64,000 nucleotides of DNA from Candidatus Lloydbacteria bacterium RIFCSPHIGHO2_02_FULL_50_18 (GCA_001821395.1 MHLM01000006.1:9733-73732); one strand, 5' to 3'; numbered from the stretch's first letter, positions 25,600-34,815 are shown. Numbers and translations: made by a program. Notes: generated from the sequence alone by a model not told the origin.

Positions 25600-26016
25600 C
25601 TAATTCGGTGTCGCCTCAAAAGGGACCGCATCGTTACCCACATTCAACACTTCAACCTGAGCGGAGTCGACGATCTTTAGATCGATTCCTCTATCCCCAC
25701 CGAGCGCCGGGGCGGTCGGTTGTGTCACAAGAAGTTCATCATATCGTTTTTGTTTTTCCGTATAAAAATCGATGATACGATGGATCTCTTCGCTCGAGAC
25801 AGTGCCCCTATCGACTTTTTGATCGACTACGGGCTCTTCAAGGGTTGACGCCCACTGGTAGGAATAAGAGGCGAATATCGCAAGACTGGTGAGCACGAGT
25901 AAGGTACTTGCAATAATAATCCTCCAGGAAAGATCGGGGTTCATATTACCGCTCGTCAATGAACGAAACGAGGTTAAAAGAGCGGTAAACGTCGGTTTGG
26001 GGTTAAATTTTTCCAT
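25600..26016 (-). CDS. Membrane-anchored hypothetical protein downstream of pilMNO (possible pilus assembly accessory)
   Basis: 138 aa. N-terminal TM LSWRIIIASTLLVLTSLAIFASY. Operon position after pilO. Confidence 0.4.
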   Translation of the reverse strand: MEKFNPKPTFTALLTSFRSLTSGNMNPDLSWRIIIASTLLVLTSLAIFASYSYQWASTLEEPVVDQKVDRGTVSSEEIHRIIDFYTEKQKRYDELLVTQPTAPALGGDRGIDLKIVDSAQVEVLNVGNDAVPFEATPN

Positions 26017-26021
26017 AATGT

Positions 26022-26546
26022 TTACTGCACGCTTTTTAAGCTATCTAAGACTATCGCTGCGGTACCTGACCAGACCCCGCCTGCTCCAGACCCTTTCACT
26101 TCAAATCGTGAGATGGTCAAATGGGAGGGAAATTCTTCCAGAAGTCGCAGAAAATGATACATTTGCCCCCAAGTTCCACTCATTGAAAATGAGCCACGCA
26201 GACTAGGCTGTGCATCAGTGCTCAAATCGAGTGATACTGTTTCTATCCTCGCACCGGTCGTACTCGAACCGAGTTGTTCCATCCGTGAAACAAAATCTAT
26301 TTGGCTTTCATCACTCGGATCATATAAGAATTTTAGCATTTCCTCATGGTCTTTTTCTACGGTAGCCAATGTGCGTTTCAGGGCGATCAGGTTTCTCCCT
26401 TTTTGATCCTGCAGGAGCAACTCCTTACGTAATTCACTACCCTCATCTTTTTTACTCTGTATCACTGTATACCCCCACCACAAACCCGCCGCCATGAATG
26501 CGTCGAGTGCGAGCAGTATCATCAGGATGTGTAAAATACGTTTCAT
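26022..26546 (-). CDS. pilO: Type IV pilus assembly protein PilO-like
   Basis: 174 aa. N-terminal TM + coiled-coil. Position after pilN, separated by 1 nt. Confidence 0.5.
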   Translation of the reverse strand: MKRILHILMILLALDAFMAAGLWWGYTVIQSKKDEGSELRKELLLQDQKGRNLIALKRTLATVEKDHEEMLKFLYDPSDESQIDFVSRMEQLGSSTTGARIETVSLDLSTDAQPSLRGSFSMSGTWGQMYHFLRLLEEFPSHLTISRFEVKGSGAGGVWSGTAAIVLDSLKSVQ

Positions 26547-26547
26547 A

Positions 26548-27093
26548 CTATTTGATCGTTTTTTTGAATGTTACCGTCACGGTAAAATCGATCGGTGACT
26601 TCTTCGTAATGAAACTGCTTCCGAATTTTATCGATTCCACCATTGATGTCTTGAACGCCTTCTGCAGTGCAAGTAATTCTTCACGAGTTATTGCAGTTCC
26701 CGAAAATTGGATGGCGATGATCCCGCCCATTTCAGCATACGCAACAGAAGAGAGCTCTATCCCGCGAGGTTTATTTTGCAGCAACTCCCCAATCAGACGT
26801 GAGGGCGGTATCCCGAGTATGTCATCGGACGATTGAAGCAACGCAAGCTCCTTTTTGATCGTCGTTAATTGCGAAGGAATTTGCTCATTCACTTCAGGAG
26901 AAAGCGTCTTCTTCTGTTCCAATTCATCTGCAAGAGTTTTTGTCATCGAATTCATAATAAAATATGACGGCAAAAAGAGGATGACCGAGGAGAGCTCAAG
27001 GACAAAGAGCGCGCACAGGACCACGATGACCAGACGAAGTCGGTATTCCTTATGGATCGTTTTTTTCGCGATAGGAGGGAGGAGGTTGATCAT
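26548..27093 (-). CDS. pilN: Type IV pilus assembly protein PilN
   Basis: N-terminal MINLLPP signature followed by a TM helix. 4-nt overlap with pilM. Confidence 0.65.
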   Translation of the reverse strand: MINLLPPIAKKTIHKEYRLRLVIVVLCALFVLELSSVILFLPSYFIMNSMTKTLADELEQKKTLSPEVNEQIPSQLTTIKKELALLQSSDDILGIPPSRLIGELLQNKPRGIELSSVAYAEMGGIIAIQFSGTAITREELLALQKAFKTSMVESIKFGSSFITKKSPIDFTVTVTFKKTIK

Positions 27094-28184
27094 AGGTGGG
27101 AAAAGGTATTACGGAGAGCCAGTCCGATCGCCGCTGAATACCCATGGGACTCACGCATCGTAAGCGGCGGCACATATGTCTCGAACGAACAAACGTTGAC
27201 CCAAGAATTTGCGATCGTGACCCTTACGGCTAATTCCATTCCAAGAAACTCGGTGATACCGCGCAAATTCGCCCCTCCTCCGGTGATAAATACGCATTCA
27301 ATGTTCCCTCCGACCTTTTCACCATGATGCGTCTGCCAATATGAATAGTGCCTCATCAATCGCGTGCGAAGGTCGGACACCACGGGTAGCATGGCATGAT
27401 AGACCGCATCCGATTTCTCTCCCCCGACCAGACCATGCAGGACCTTTAATGCTTCAGCCTCATCATGGGTGACATTAAGTGCGCGCTCAATAGCCTGCGT
27501 CAGATAATGACCACCAATATCGAGTGATGCGGAGAACTGCACGACCCCGTTCGCAGCAACAAAAACATTCGTTTCCATTTTTCCGATATCCAACACGAGA
27601 AAGGTCCCATTGTCCCCATGCGGAATAAGTGCGCGCGCCATTGCCTGCGATTCAAATTCAAACGCCTTCGGAGTGATCCCCGTCCCTGAAAAAATATCGA
27701 GATATTCTTCAACGACGACACGGGGCAGCACGGACACCACAACGTCCATATTTTCCTGACGCTTTGTCGCCGACTCCCCGACAACAACATAATCAAATAC
27801 GGCATCAACGCCTGAAATTGGTACGTGTTCTTCAAGTCGTAGCTCGATCGTATCATGAAGGTCTCCAGGTGAAACGCGGGGAATACGCATATTAGCCAGA
27901 TATGCCTGCTCCTCGGGAAGCGAAATATTCGCAAAAGAAAGATCGTGCTCCTTTGCAAGTGAGGCGATCGCATCCTGTAGTTTTTTCTTGTCACGAACAT
28001 GTCCCTCGGAAATGATCCCGAGAGGAAAATTCCTTGTGGCATGTCGCACGACCTCAAGGCAACCGTTCCGATTCTTGTCGAGTTCGATGAACCGAAGCGC
28101 ATCAGCGGAAATATCAAAGCCGACCGCAGGCATGGAGAGGAATTTGGGTGCAGTAAGAAAAGGCATCACCCATATTATACGCAA
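27090..28184 (-). CDS. pilM: Type IV pilus assembly ATPase-like protein PilM (actin/FtsA fold)
   Basis: 364 aa. N-terminal VGFDISADALRFIELD. FtsA/PilM-like glycine motifs. Confidence 0.75.
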   Translation of the reverse strand: MRIIWVMPFLTAPKFLSMPAVGFDISADALRFIELDKNRNGCLEVVRHATRNFPLGIISEGHVRDKKKLQDAIASLAKEHDLSFANISLPEEQAYLANMRIPRVSPGDLHDTIELRLEEHVPISGVDAVFDYVVVGESATKRQENMDVVVSVLPRVVVEEYLDIFSGTGITPKAFEFESQAMARALIPHGDNGTFLVLDIGKMETNVFVAANGVVQFSASLDIGGHYLTQAIERALNVTHDEAEALKVLHGLVGGEKSDAVYHAMLPVVSDLRTRLMRHYSYWQTHHGEKVGGNIECVFITGGGANLRGITEFLGMELAVRVTIANSWVNVCSFETYVPPLTMRESHGYSAAIGLALRNTFSHL

Positions 28185-28241
28185 TTGGCCCTACTCTGCC
28201 AAAGGAAAACTGCATGTGGTGGCGGGATTATTTGAAAGACG

Positions 28242-28589
28242 CTAGCGTAGTGCGCTTCCGGCGGGTACCTCCTTGTCCGGATGCAGCAACACCGCACCTC
28301 CATCGGCGACACCAACAGCAAGGATCATGCCGTAACTCGTAAGTCCGCGCATCGTTCGTGGCTCAAGGTTGGTCACAAAGGGGCACTGCTTTCCGATCAG
28401 CTCTTCAGGCTGATAATATTCACGGATCCCGGAAAGGATCTGCCGCGGTTCCGCCTCACCGAAATCAACAGTGAGTTTCAGTAGTTTATCCGCGCCCTCG
28501 ATGTACTCGGCGGTCATGATCGTTCCGATCTTCATTTCAATCGCGTGGAAATCCTCTACGGTGGCCATATGGCAGGTATAGTAACACAA
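28242..28589 (-). CDS. tRNA-binding domain protein (CsaA/Myf/EMAP-like)
   Basis: ..IEMKIGTIMTAEYIEGADKLLKLTVDFGEAEPRQILSGI..MILAV.. OB-fold tRNA-binding signature. Probable start MATVEDF at 28568. Confidence 0.65.
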   Translation of the reverse strand: MCYYTCHMATVEDFHAIEMKIGTIMTAEYIEGADKLLKLTVDFGEAEPRQILSGIREYYQPEELIGKQCPFVTNLEPRTMRGLTSYGMILAVGVADGGAVLLHPDKEVPAGSALR

Positions 28590-29060
28590 CTACTCGTCAT
28601 CAGAAAATTCTTCCTGCAGTTTTGGGAAATGTTTATCCAAATAACTCTGCAGGATGATGGCCGCAGCCGACGCATCATTTTGGGGATTATCCCCCTGCAA
28701 ATGCATTGCTTCCCGGGAAGAAAGCACTTCGTTCATAAGAAAAATGGGGAGCGACGTCGTCGTCTTCAACTGTCCCATGAACACGCCGATCTTTTTCATG
28801 ATCGGATTCGGTAGATTCTGAAAATTCAACGACTCACCAATAACGATGGCATCAATGTGTTCCTTTTGACAAATAGCAACAATATCCTCGATCAAGGAGT
28901 GAGTATTCAAGATGACGCACAAAGGAAAGGCCATCGTTCCCCCATCTGGGGCAACCGCAAGCCCAACGCGCTTTGTTCCAAAATCAATACCTAAATATTT
29001 CATCTCTACACAGTAGCGCACGTTCTCTGAGGGCACAACGTGATGAGTTTCGGTGAGCAA
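28590..29060 (-). CDS. ruvX: Holliday-junction resolvase-like RuvX/YqgF
   Basis: MKYLGIDFGTKRVGLAVA motif. Probable start at 29003. Confidence 0.8.
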   Translation of the reverse strand: MLTETHHVVPSENVRYCVEMKYLGIDFGTKRVGLAVAPDGGTMAFPLCVILNTHSLIEDIVAICQKEHIDAIVIGESLNFQNLPNPIMKKIGVFMGQLKTTTSLPIFLMNEVLSSREAMHLQGDNPQNDASAAAIILQSYLDKHFPKLQEEFSDDE

Positions 29061-29123
29061 TCAAGCAAAGCGCTCTCCTTTGACTAATCAAAATGGCGCC
29101 ACATGGCGCTCATTTTTAACGGG

Positions 29124-29210
29124 CGGAGGAGGTGAGATTCGAACTCACGGTCCACTTACATGGACGACGGTTTTCAAGACCGTTGCCTTAAACCACTCAG
29201 CCACTCCTCC
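29124..29210 (-). tRNA. tRNA-Ser (anticodon UGA)
   Basis: Reverse complement GGAGGAG...CTCCTCC acceptor. Anticodon stem-loop ACGGT-CTTGAAA-ACCGT. Long variable arm. T-loop TTCGAAT. 87 nt. Confidence 0.85.
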
Positions 29211-29342
29211 CTTATTGCACTCAGCCTCTCTTTCTAAATCGAACGAAACGCACAAATTCATTCGTGCTCATCACTATACTGAAAAATAGATAATTGGCAA
29301 AAGATCAATGTGGTATTGCTAATTCTTTTTTAATCGGAGCGC

Positions 29343-29371
29343 TTGACAAGCTGAACATATTGTGCTAAACT
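29343..29371 (+). promoter_or_regulatory. Promoter TTGACA-17-TAAACT followed by a structured leader (12-bp stem hairpin at 29400-29449)
   Basis: Read directly. Leader is about 130 nt before ATG 29504, with GGAG RBS. Confidence 0.45.
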
Positions 29372-29503
29372 TTCGCTAGTCTTCTTTGAAGAACCGTCTG
29401 TGGTCACCCCCGTGTCAATAAAAGCCTTATGGGCATCGGGGTGACCACAACAATACCGTTACCAGCCCACGGCGGGTGTCAGCCGAAACTTTAGGAGATC
29501 TCC

Positions 29504-30007
29504 ATGGAAACAAACACTATGTCCTTCAATGAGCGTGAGACATTGCGCATCAGCGCATTCCGCGTCTCCGAGGCAAAAAAGACAAAAGGGAGGCTGTTGG
29601 CCTGGGCAGAAGCCGAGAAGCCACCGCTCGTCACATTCGTGAAGGAGCTGTCCGCTGCAGGGTTCGACTACTCGCATGATGACCGCAATGCGGCGGTCTA
29701 TGTCTGCGAAGGCGTGGAGATCCGCGCATTCGGCGGGGCGATCAACCCACCGGAAGCAAACGGAAAGCGGTTTACCGCCAACTTGAATCGTGAGCAACTC
29801 ATGGCAAAATCGCGCCGCGAGGAGCTCGCGCGAAATCGTGCCCATGCACCTGAAACGGCCGCCGATCGGGCAAAGCGCGAGTCGGACCGTGTGGCTCGTC
29901 GACTTGAACGTCAGTCCGCTCAACCCAAGAAAGGCTTCGGCGGATCAACCGATCCTCACGGTAAGGGTAAGGATAAGGGCGACAAGAAAAACGGCAAGAA
30001 AAAATAG
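29504..30007 (+). CDS. Hypothetical protein with Lys/Gly-rich basic C-terminal tail
   Basis: 167-aa ORF with RBS. Strong terminator right after (30027-30053). Confidence 0.5.
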   Translation: METNTMSFNERETLRISAFRVSEAKKTKGRLLAWAEAEKPPLVTFVKELSAAGFDYSHDDRNAAVYVCEGVEIRAFGGAINPPEANGKRFTANLNREQLMAKSRREELARNRAHAPETAADRAKRESDRVARRLERQSAQPKKGFGGSTDPHGKGKDKGDKKNGKKK

Positions 30008-30026
30008 TCCTGCCACAAGCACATTT

Positions 30027-30053
30027 AAGACCCCGCATGCGGGGTCTTTTTTC
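30027..30053 (+). terminator. Rho-independent terminator
   Basis: AAGACCCCGCATGCGGGGTCTT + T-run. Confidence 0.7.
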
Positions 30054-30109
30054 TTTTCCCCTTTTTACATTGAGCAGCGACAAAGTGCATGCTACTATGA
30101 ACTGACATT

Positions 30110-30559
30110 ATGGAGTGGGACACCCTTGAACATTCATATCATGAAAAAACGAACGACTGGTATCTATCAGTTATTTTGATCGCGAGTGCATTGATCATTG
30201 TGGAATTTTTCATGAATAACTTCCTCTTGATCACACTCACCTTCATCGGGACCATCGCCTTTGTCCTACTCGCAGCACGAATACCGGAGATGATACATAT
30301 CGAGATCCGTGAGATGGGTATCCGCGAGGGAGACCTGCTCTATCCGTACCAGAGTCTCGATGCGTACACCGTCACCACATACGAGCACGAAACAAAACTG
30401 CTCCTTGAGTCGAACCGCCGCCTCATGCCACTTATTGTCATTCCCATTCCCGATGATATCGACCCCGATCAGGTGCGCGTGGAATTAGACAAACATCTCC
30501 CCGAAAAAGAACTCCATGAGTCATTTGCACACCTACTCCTCGAACGCCTCGGATTCTAA
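30110..30559 (+). CDS. Hypothetical membrane protein (2-3 TM)
   Basis: 149-aa ORF. Hydrophobic N-terminal half. Terminator 30602-30636 downstream. Confidence 0.45.
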   Translation: MEWDTLEHSYHEKTNDWYLSVILIASALIIVEFFMNNFLLITLTFIGTIAFVLLAARIPEMIHIEIREMGIREGDLLYPYQSLDAYTVTTYEHETKLLLESNRRLMPLIVIPIPDDIDPDQVRVELDKHLPEKELHESFAHLLLERLGF

Positions 30560-30601
30560 GCGTTTTTGACGAAATACCATTTCGTATGGTAATGTATCCC
30601 T

Positions 30602-30636
30602 AGCCACCCTCCTTGTTTGTTTGGTGGCTTTTATTT
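30602..30636 (+). terminator. Rho-independent terminator
   Basis: AGCCACC...GGTGGCT hairpin followed by TTTTATTT. Confidence 0.55.
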
Positions 30637-30708
30637 GTCTCCGTCGTTCAATGGATAGGACAAGAGTTTGCGGAACTCTAAATATAGGTTCGATTCCTAT
30701 CGGGGGCA
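30637..30708 (+). tRNA. tRNA-Arg (anticodon read as GCG)
   Basis: GTCTCCG/CGGGGGC acceptor. Anticodon stem AGAGT/ACTCT with loop TTGCGGA. Same numbering frame as tRNA-Arg(UCU) at 25209. A GCG anticodon is unusual for bacteria. Confidence 0.7.
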
Positions 30709-30947
30709 CAAAACGAGATTCAAAGAGCGCTCTGCAGCGCTCTTTGCGTTTTGTGCGGGCACAGCGATGTTTCGTCAGCAGACGAAACCGCGAGCCGGGG
30801 TCGCGAGCACTTACGTTTTTTAGTTAGGCTTTGCGCTAAAAAACTTAGTGACTTGTGACACAAGATAGATCTCGCCTCCGAAGGAGCCAGCATGACGCGG
30901 ACGTCGTCCTAGTAGCACGAAATTTTTTACGCTATACTGTCTACAAC

Positions 30948-31334
30948 ATGGAATCCAAAAAAGTACTTTCGATCGAAGATGACGCGTTCCTCTCCAGTCT
31001 TGTTTCAGGGAAACTGGTCGAAAGAGGATTTTCCGTCGTGACCGCGAGCACCGGCAAGGATGGGCTCGCAAAGGCGACACTCGAACATCCTGATCTTATC
31101 CTACTCGACATCATGCTTCCCGATATGGGAGGCTTTGAGATCCTTGAACATCTAAAAAACAACCCCGAAACAAAAAATATACCCGTGATCATTCTTTCAA
31201 ATCTTGGAGGAAGAGATGAGATCGAAAAGGGAGTGTCGCTTGGAGCCTCTTCATATCTAATCAAATCAAACATTCTCCCGCATGAAGTAGCGGAAATGGT
31301 CCAAAGCCAGATCGCATCGGCCTCGCATAATTAA
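30948..31334 (+). CDS. Stand-alone response-regulator receiver domain protein (CheY-like)
   Basis: MESKKVLSIEDD (acidic pocket). LLDIMLPDMGGFEIL (phospho-acceptor Asp). IPVIILSNLG, SYLIKS. TATACT -10 upstream. The track ORF starts at 30855. Confidence 0.8.
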   Translation: MESKKVLSIEDDAFLSSLVSGKLVERGFSVVTASTGKDGLAKATLEHPDLILLDIMLPDMGGFEILEHLKNNPETKNIPVIILSNLGGRDEIEKGVSLGASSYLIKSNILPHEVAEMVQSQIASASHN

Positions 31335-31505
31335 CGAGAAAAAATAGCATAGGACTCGTCCACCAATAACTTCATAGTTATTGGTGATGACGGTCCTTTG
31401 TGCATCATCCATTTTTTATAGCAACTTATTCATGGATGAGGCCATGGCTCACCATCGTAGAAAAAAACACACTCATGAATCATGAGTGTGTTTTTTGTTT
31501 CAAAA

Positions 31506-31817
31506 TTACTTTTTTGCTTTCGCGACCTTCGGTACCTTTACGACGGGAATTTTTACGCTTTCCTTTTTCATAAAGAGCACGAGACGTGACTTCTTTCTTG
31601 CGGCAGTGTTCTTTTTGATCACTCCGCGCTTTGCCGCCTTATCAATAGCCTTATATACACCGGGAAGTGCTTTTAACGCACCCTCATGATTCCCCGCCTC
31701 AGACAACTTGCGGAGCGCCTTCATCCCATCCTTCATCGTGTCTGAACGACGAAGATTCAATACGCGCTTACGCGCCGATACTCTGATTGCCCGCTTTGCG
31801 GAAGACGTGATTGCCAT
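31506..31817 (-). CDS. rpsT: 30S ribosomal protein S20
   Basis: MAITSSAKRAIRVSARKRVLNLRRSDTMKDGMKALRK...RGVIKKNTAARKKSRL matches S20. The track ORF (to 32087) is an upstream in-frame extension. Confidence 0.8.
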   Translation of the reverse strand: MAITSSAKRAIRVSARKRVLNLRRSDTMKDGMKALRKLSEAGNHEGALKALPGVYKAIDKAAKRGVIKKNTAARKKSRLVLFMKKESVKIPVVKVPKVAKAKK

Positions 31818-31940
31818 AATCGAGAATCCTACAGGAGTCGCAAACAAAAGGCAAGCGGACGGCCGTGGGGGGCAAACAGTCGCACGAACGATCTCGCCAC
31901 CCATCGCCACAATGCGTCTTCGCATAGTACAATATGATTC

Positions 31941-32516
31941 ATGATCGGATACATAGAAGGAACCGTAAAATGGAAGGATGAGCGCACGCTCATCGTGCTT
32001 GTTTCCGGCATAGGCTACATACTTTCCGGTACTCCGCACCTTCAAAATGCGGCCAAGGTCGGTGGATCGATAGCACTCTTTACCCACCTTGCCGTTCGGG
32101 AAGATGCACTCGATCTGTATGGTTTTCTAGAGCGGGACGAACTCATGCTTTTTCGATTGCTCATCGGTATTTCCGGTATTGGACCGCGGAGCGCAATGAA
32201 CGTCCTTGCGCTTGCCGATCGCAGTACACTCATTCATGCCATACAAAAGGGTGACGCAAGTTATCTCACCAAAGTCTCAGGTATCGGAAAAAAGCTCGCA
32301 GAGAAAATCATTCTTGAACTCAAAGATAAGGTCGCCACATGGAACGCGGGGGAACAAAGTGCGAGTGCTGAAAGCGAAGCGCTTGATGCGCTCGAAGCAC
32401 TCGGATATCTCCCCAGAGATACAAGAGAGATCGTACGACTACTCACGAAAGAGCACGAAAAACCCGAAGACATCATTCGTCGTGCACTACAGATCCTCGG
32501 GGGACGCCTAGAGTAG
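31941..32516 (+). CDS. ruvA: Holliday junction DNA helicase RuvA
   Basis: MIGYIEGTV...VSGIGY N-domain. HhH region ISGIGPRSAMNVL, VSGIGKKLAEKII. Confidence 0.85.
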   Translation: MIGYIEGTVKWKDERTLIVLVSGIGYILSGTPHLQNAAKVGGSIALFTHLAVREDALDLYGFLERDELMLFRLLIGISGIGPRSAMNVLALADRSTLIHAIQKGDASYLTKVSGIGKKLAEKIILELKDKVATWNAGEQSASAESEALDALEALGYLPRDTREIVRLLTKEHEKPEDIIRRALQILGGRLE

Positions 32517-32568
32517 CGGGATGGCCTACCGCTTTTTTTGAAGCATTTCGTCATGCTATGATAGCTTC

Positions 32569-33831
32569 ATGCTTTCGATCGTGAAACGTATCACTCCGCA
32601 ATTCGTTCTGCGCGCACTGCGTCCCGTCTACCACTACCTGCTTGCCCTCATCGGCGCGCTCTATTACCGCTTCCCGGGAAGAGAGCTCATCGTCGTCGGG
32701 GTGACCGGAACAAAAGGCAAATCAAGTACCGCGGAGATACTGGGAAATATTTTTGACCGTGCGGGATATACGACAGCTGTGCTTGGGACGATCAAATTCA
32801 AGATCGGCAACACCACGGAGCGCAATCTCAAAAAAATGACGATGCCTGGTAGATTTTTTGTGCAAAAATTTCTTCGCGATGCCGTCCGAGCCGGCTGTAC
32901 GCACGCGGTCATCGAAATGACTTCTGAGGGTGCCAAGCAATACCGAGAACGATTCATCGACATGGATGCGCTCATCTTCACCAACCTCTCTCCGGAACAT
33001 ATCGAATCGCACGGCTCGTATGAGCACTATCGTGCAGCGAAACTTGCTATTGCACGCACACTCGCACGCTCAAAAAAACAGAAGCGCTTCATGGTCGGGA
33101 ATGCAGACGACAAGGAATCCGCTTTATTCTTTGCCGTGCCTGACGTCATTCCCATACCCTTCTCCCTCGACCAAGCGAAAGGGCTCATTGCGGACGAGAA
33201 ACACATCGCATTTCTCTGGCATGACACCGCGGTAACGAGTGACCTCGGCGGTCGATTCAACGCCTTTAACATCCTCGCTGCGGCAACGGTGGCGCGCGAG
33301 CTTGGAGTGCCTCTCCCCGCGATCGTGGATGGCATAGCAACAACTGCGAAGATCGACGGGCGACTAGAGCGCATCGAAGTCGGACAGACCTATCCGGTCA
33401 TCGTAGACTACGCGCATACGCCCGACTCCCTTGAGGCGGTCTACAAGACCTTTACCGAATACGACACGATATGCGTACTAGGAAATACCGGTGGAGGAAG
33501 AGATAAGTGGAAGCGCCCCGTCATGGGAGCACTCGCAGAGCGCTACTGTGGAGAGGTGATCCTCACGAATGAAGATCCATATGATGAAGACCCAACACAA
33601 ATACTCACAGAGATCGCAAGTGGGATGAAACAAAAACATCCGGAGATCATCCTCGATAGACGTGAGGCGATCATGCGTGCACTATTGCTGGCAAAAGAGA
33701 AAAAACATCCCGCCGTACTCATCACAGGTAAAGGGACTGACCCGTTCATCATGGGCCCGAATGGAACAAAAGAACCGTGGGACGATCGCAGTGTGGCGGA
33801 GGAGGCACTGCACAAGGTCCTCGCCTCGTAA
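32569..33831 (+). CDS. Mur ligase family protein (MurE-like)
   Basis: P-loop IVVGVTGTKGKSSTAE. Mur ligase C-terminal motif VIVDYAHTPDSLEAV. Lacks a canonical MurE N-domain. Confidence 0.7.
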   Translation: MLSIVKRITPQFVLRALRPVYHYLLALIGALYYRFPGRELIVVGVTGTKGKSSTAEILGNIFDRAGYTTAVLGTIKFKIGNTTERNLKKMTMPGRFFVQKFLRDAVRAGCTHAVIEMTSEGAKQYRERFIDMDALIFTNLSPEHIESHGSYEHYRAAKLAIARTLARSKKQKRFMVGNADDKESALFFAVPDVIPIPFSLDQAKGLIADEKHIAFLWHDTAVTSDLGGRFNAFNILAAATVARELGVPLPAIVDGIATTAKIDGRLERIEVGQTYPVIVDYAHTPDSLEAVYKTFTEYDTICVLGNTGGGRDKWKRPVMGALAERYCGEVILTNEDPYDEDPTQILTEIASGMKQKHPEIILDRREAIMRALLLAKEKKHPAVLITGKGTDPFIMGPNGTKEPWDDRSVAEEALHKVLAS

Positions 33832-33843
33832 TACTCCCCGTCT

Positions 33844-34344
33844 TTAACGGATATTCCTATCTGTATCGAACATGCGATACATAGCTACACCGAACGCGAC
33901 CGCAACGTTCAATGATTCCTTCTTTCCACGCATCGGAATCTCAACGATCGTATCTGCATGACGCTTCATCGCGGGGGATAAACCAAGCACTTCATTGCCG
34001 ACGAGCACCAATACTTTTTCAGATGCACACTGATACTCCTTGTAATCGATCGCGGACTCATCTTGTTCTATCGCGACGATTGCAAACCCCTCTTTTTTGA
34101 GTTTGTTGATGAGTCGTACAGCACTCTTCACTCCTTCCCAGGCGATCGTCTGCTCTGCACCAAGCGCTGTCTTCGCGATCTCTTTCACGGGACGGCCAAA
34201 TCGGTCGAGGGGCAACGGAGCATATCCGGAAAGATAGATGTGTGAAACACCGATCGCATCAGCGGTGCGGAATATCGATCCCACGTTGTGGGCACTGCGA
34301 ATGTTGTGCAACAAGATGCGAATATCATGAGACATTGATCCCAT
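33844..34344 (-). CDS. SpoU/TrmH-family RNA 2'-O-methyltransferase
   Basis: LHNIRSAHNVGSIFRTADA and ..GNEVLGLS.. SPOUT motifs. 166 aa. Confidence 0.8.
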   Translation of the reverse strand: MGSMSHDIRILLHNIRSAHNVGSIFRTADAIGVSHIYLSGYAPLPLDRFGRPVKEIAKTALGAEQTIAWEGVKSAVRLINKLKKEGFAIVAIEQDESAIDYKEYQCASEKVLVLVGNEVLGLSPAMKRHADTIVEIPMRGKKESLNVAVAFGVAMYRMFDTDRNIR

Positions 34345-34420
34345 CGTACCTCGGCCTTTAAAAAATCAAAAACATGTGTTAGTATCGCTTTGTTTCACCA
34401 TTGTTATATACTTTCCAATA

Positions 34421-34525
34421 TCCCCCTATAACTGTTTTGGTAGATAACAGGAATTAGGGAAAATAAAGGAAAAAATCTACAGTAATGAACGAAGCACCCA
34501 CTATAGCTGTTTTGGTAGACAACAG
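34421..34525 (+). repeat. Two tandem degenerate copies of the tRNA-Lys 5' portion at about 74-bp period
   Basis: TCCCCCTATAACTGTTTTGGTAGATAACAG (34421-34450) and CACCCACTATAGCTGTTTTGGTAGACAACAG (34495-34525) versus the tRNA 5' end CCCCCTATAGCTCAGCTGGTAGAGCAG at 34570. Confidence 0.6.
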
Positions 34526-34569
34526 CGGATAAGTGTAGCCAGAAATAACTCCACCACACACAATGACAT

Positions 34570-34642
34570 CCCCCTATAGCTCAGCTGGTAGAGCAGTAGC
34601 CTTTTAAGCTAACGGTCGCAGGTTCGAGCCCTGCTGGGGGGA
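34570..34642 (+). tRNA. tRNA-Lys (anticodon UUU)
   Basis: CCCCCTA/TGGGGGG acceptor. D-arm GCTCAGCTGGTAGAGC. Anticodon loop CTTTTAA. T-arm GCAGGTTCGAGCCCTGC. Confidence 0.85.
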
Positions 34643-34650
34643 CAAGACAT

Positions 34651-34672
34651 AAAACCGCGCAAGCGGTTTTTT
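34651..34672 (+). terminator. Rho-independent terminator after tRNA-Lys
   Basis: AAAACCGCGCAAGCGGTTTT + TT. Confidence 0.6.
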
Positions 34673-34796
34673 GCTGGGACCCACAAGAAAGTGCCCTACG
34701 GCACTTTCGGCAGGGCTCGAAAAGGTTCTCCGTTATTTTCTGGAAATTCCTATTTCTAGAAAATCGGAAACCTGCACTGCGCCTGTAAGGCGAGAG

Positions 34797-34815
34797 ACCC
34801 CTGCTGGGGGGACAA
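34797..34815 (+). repeat. Direct repeat of the tRNA-Lys 3' end (CCCTGCTGGGGGGACAA), att-like scar
   Basis: 17-18 nt identical to tRNA positions 34626-34645, found 155 bp downstream. Confidence 0.6.

Noticed and set aside
25289-25643. ORFs 25289..25540 (+), 25356..25643 (-) and 25382..25600 (-)
   Set aside because: They overlap tRNA-Val and the tRNA 3'-end repeat. tRNA sequence has been translated. They are not coding.
31818-32087. Upstream 90-aa extension of the rpsT ORF given by the track (193 aa)
   Set aside because: S20 homology begins at the internal Met (31817), which has an AGGA RBS. The extension has no homology and overlaps the ruvA promoter region.
34421-34525. Possible CRISPR array (regular ~74-bp periodicity of a ~30-nt repeat)
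   Set aside because: The repeats are degenerate copies of the tRNA-Lys 5' end and the array ends in the intact tRNA. There are only two units, not identical, and no cas genes or leader.
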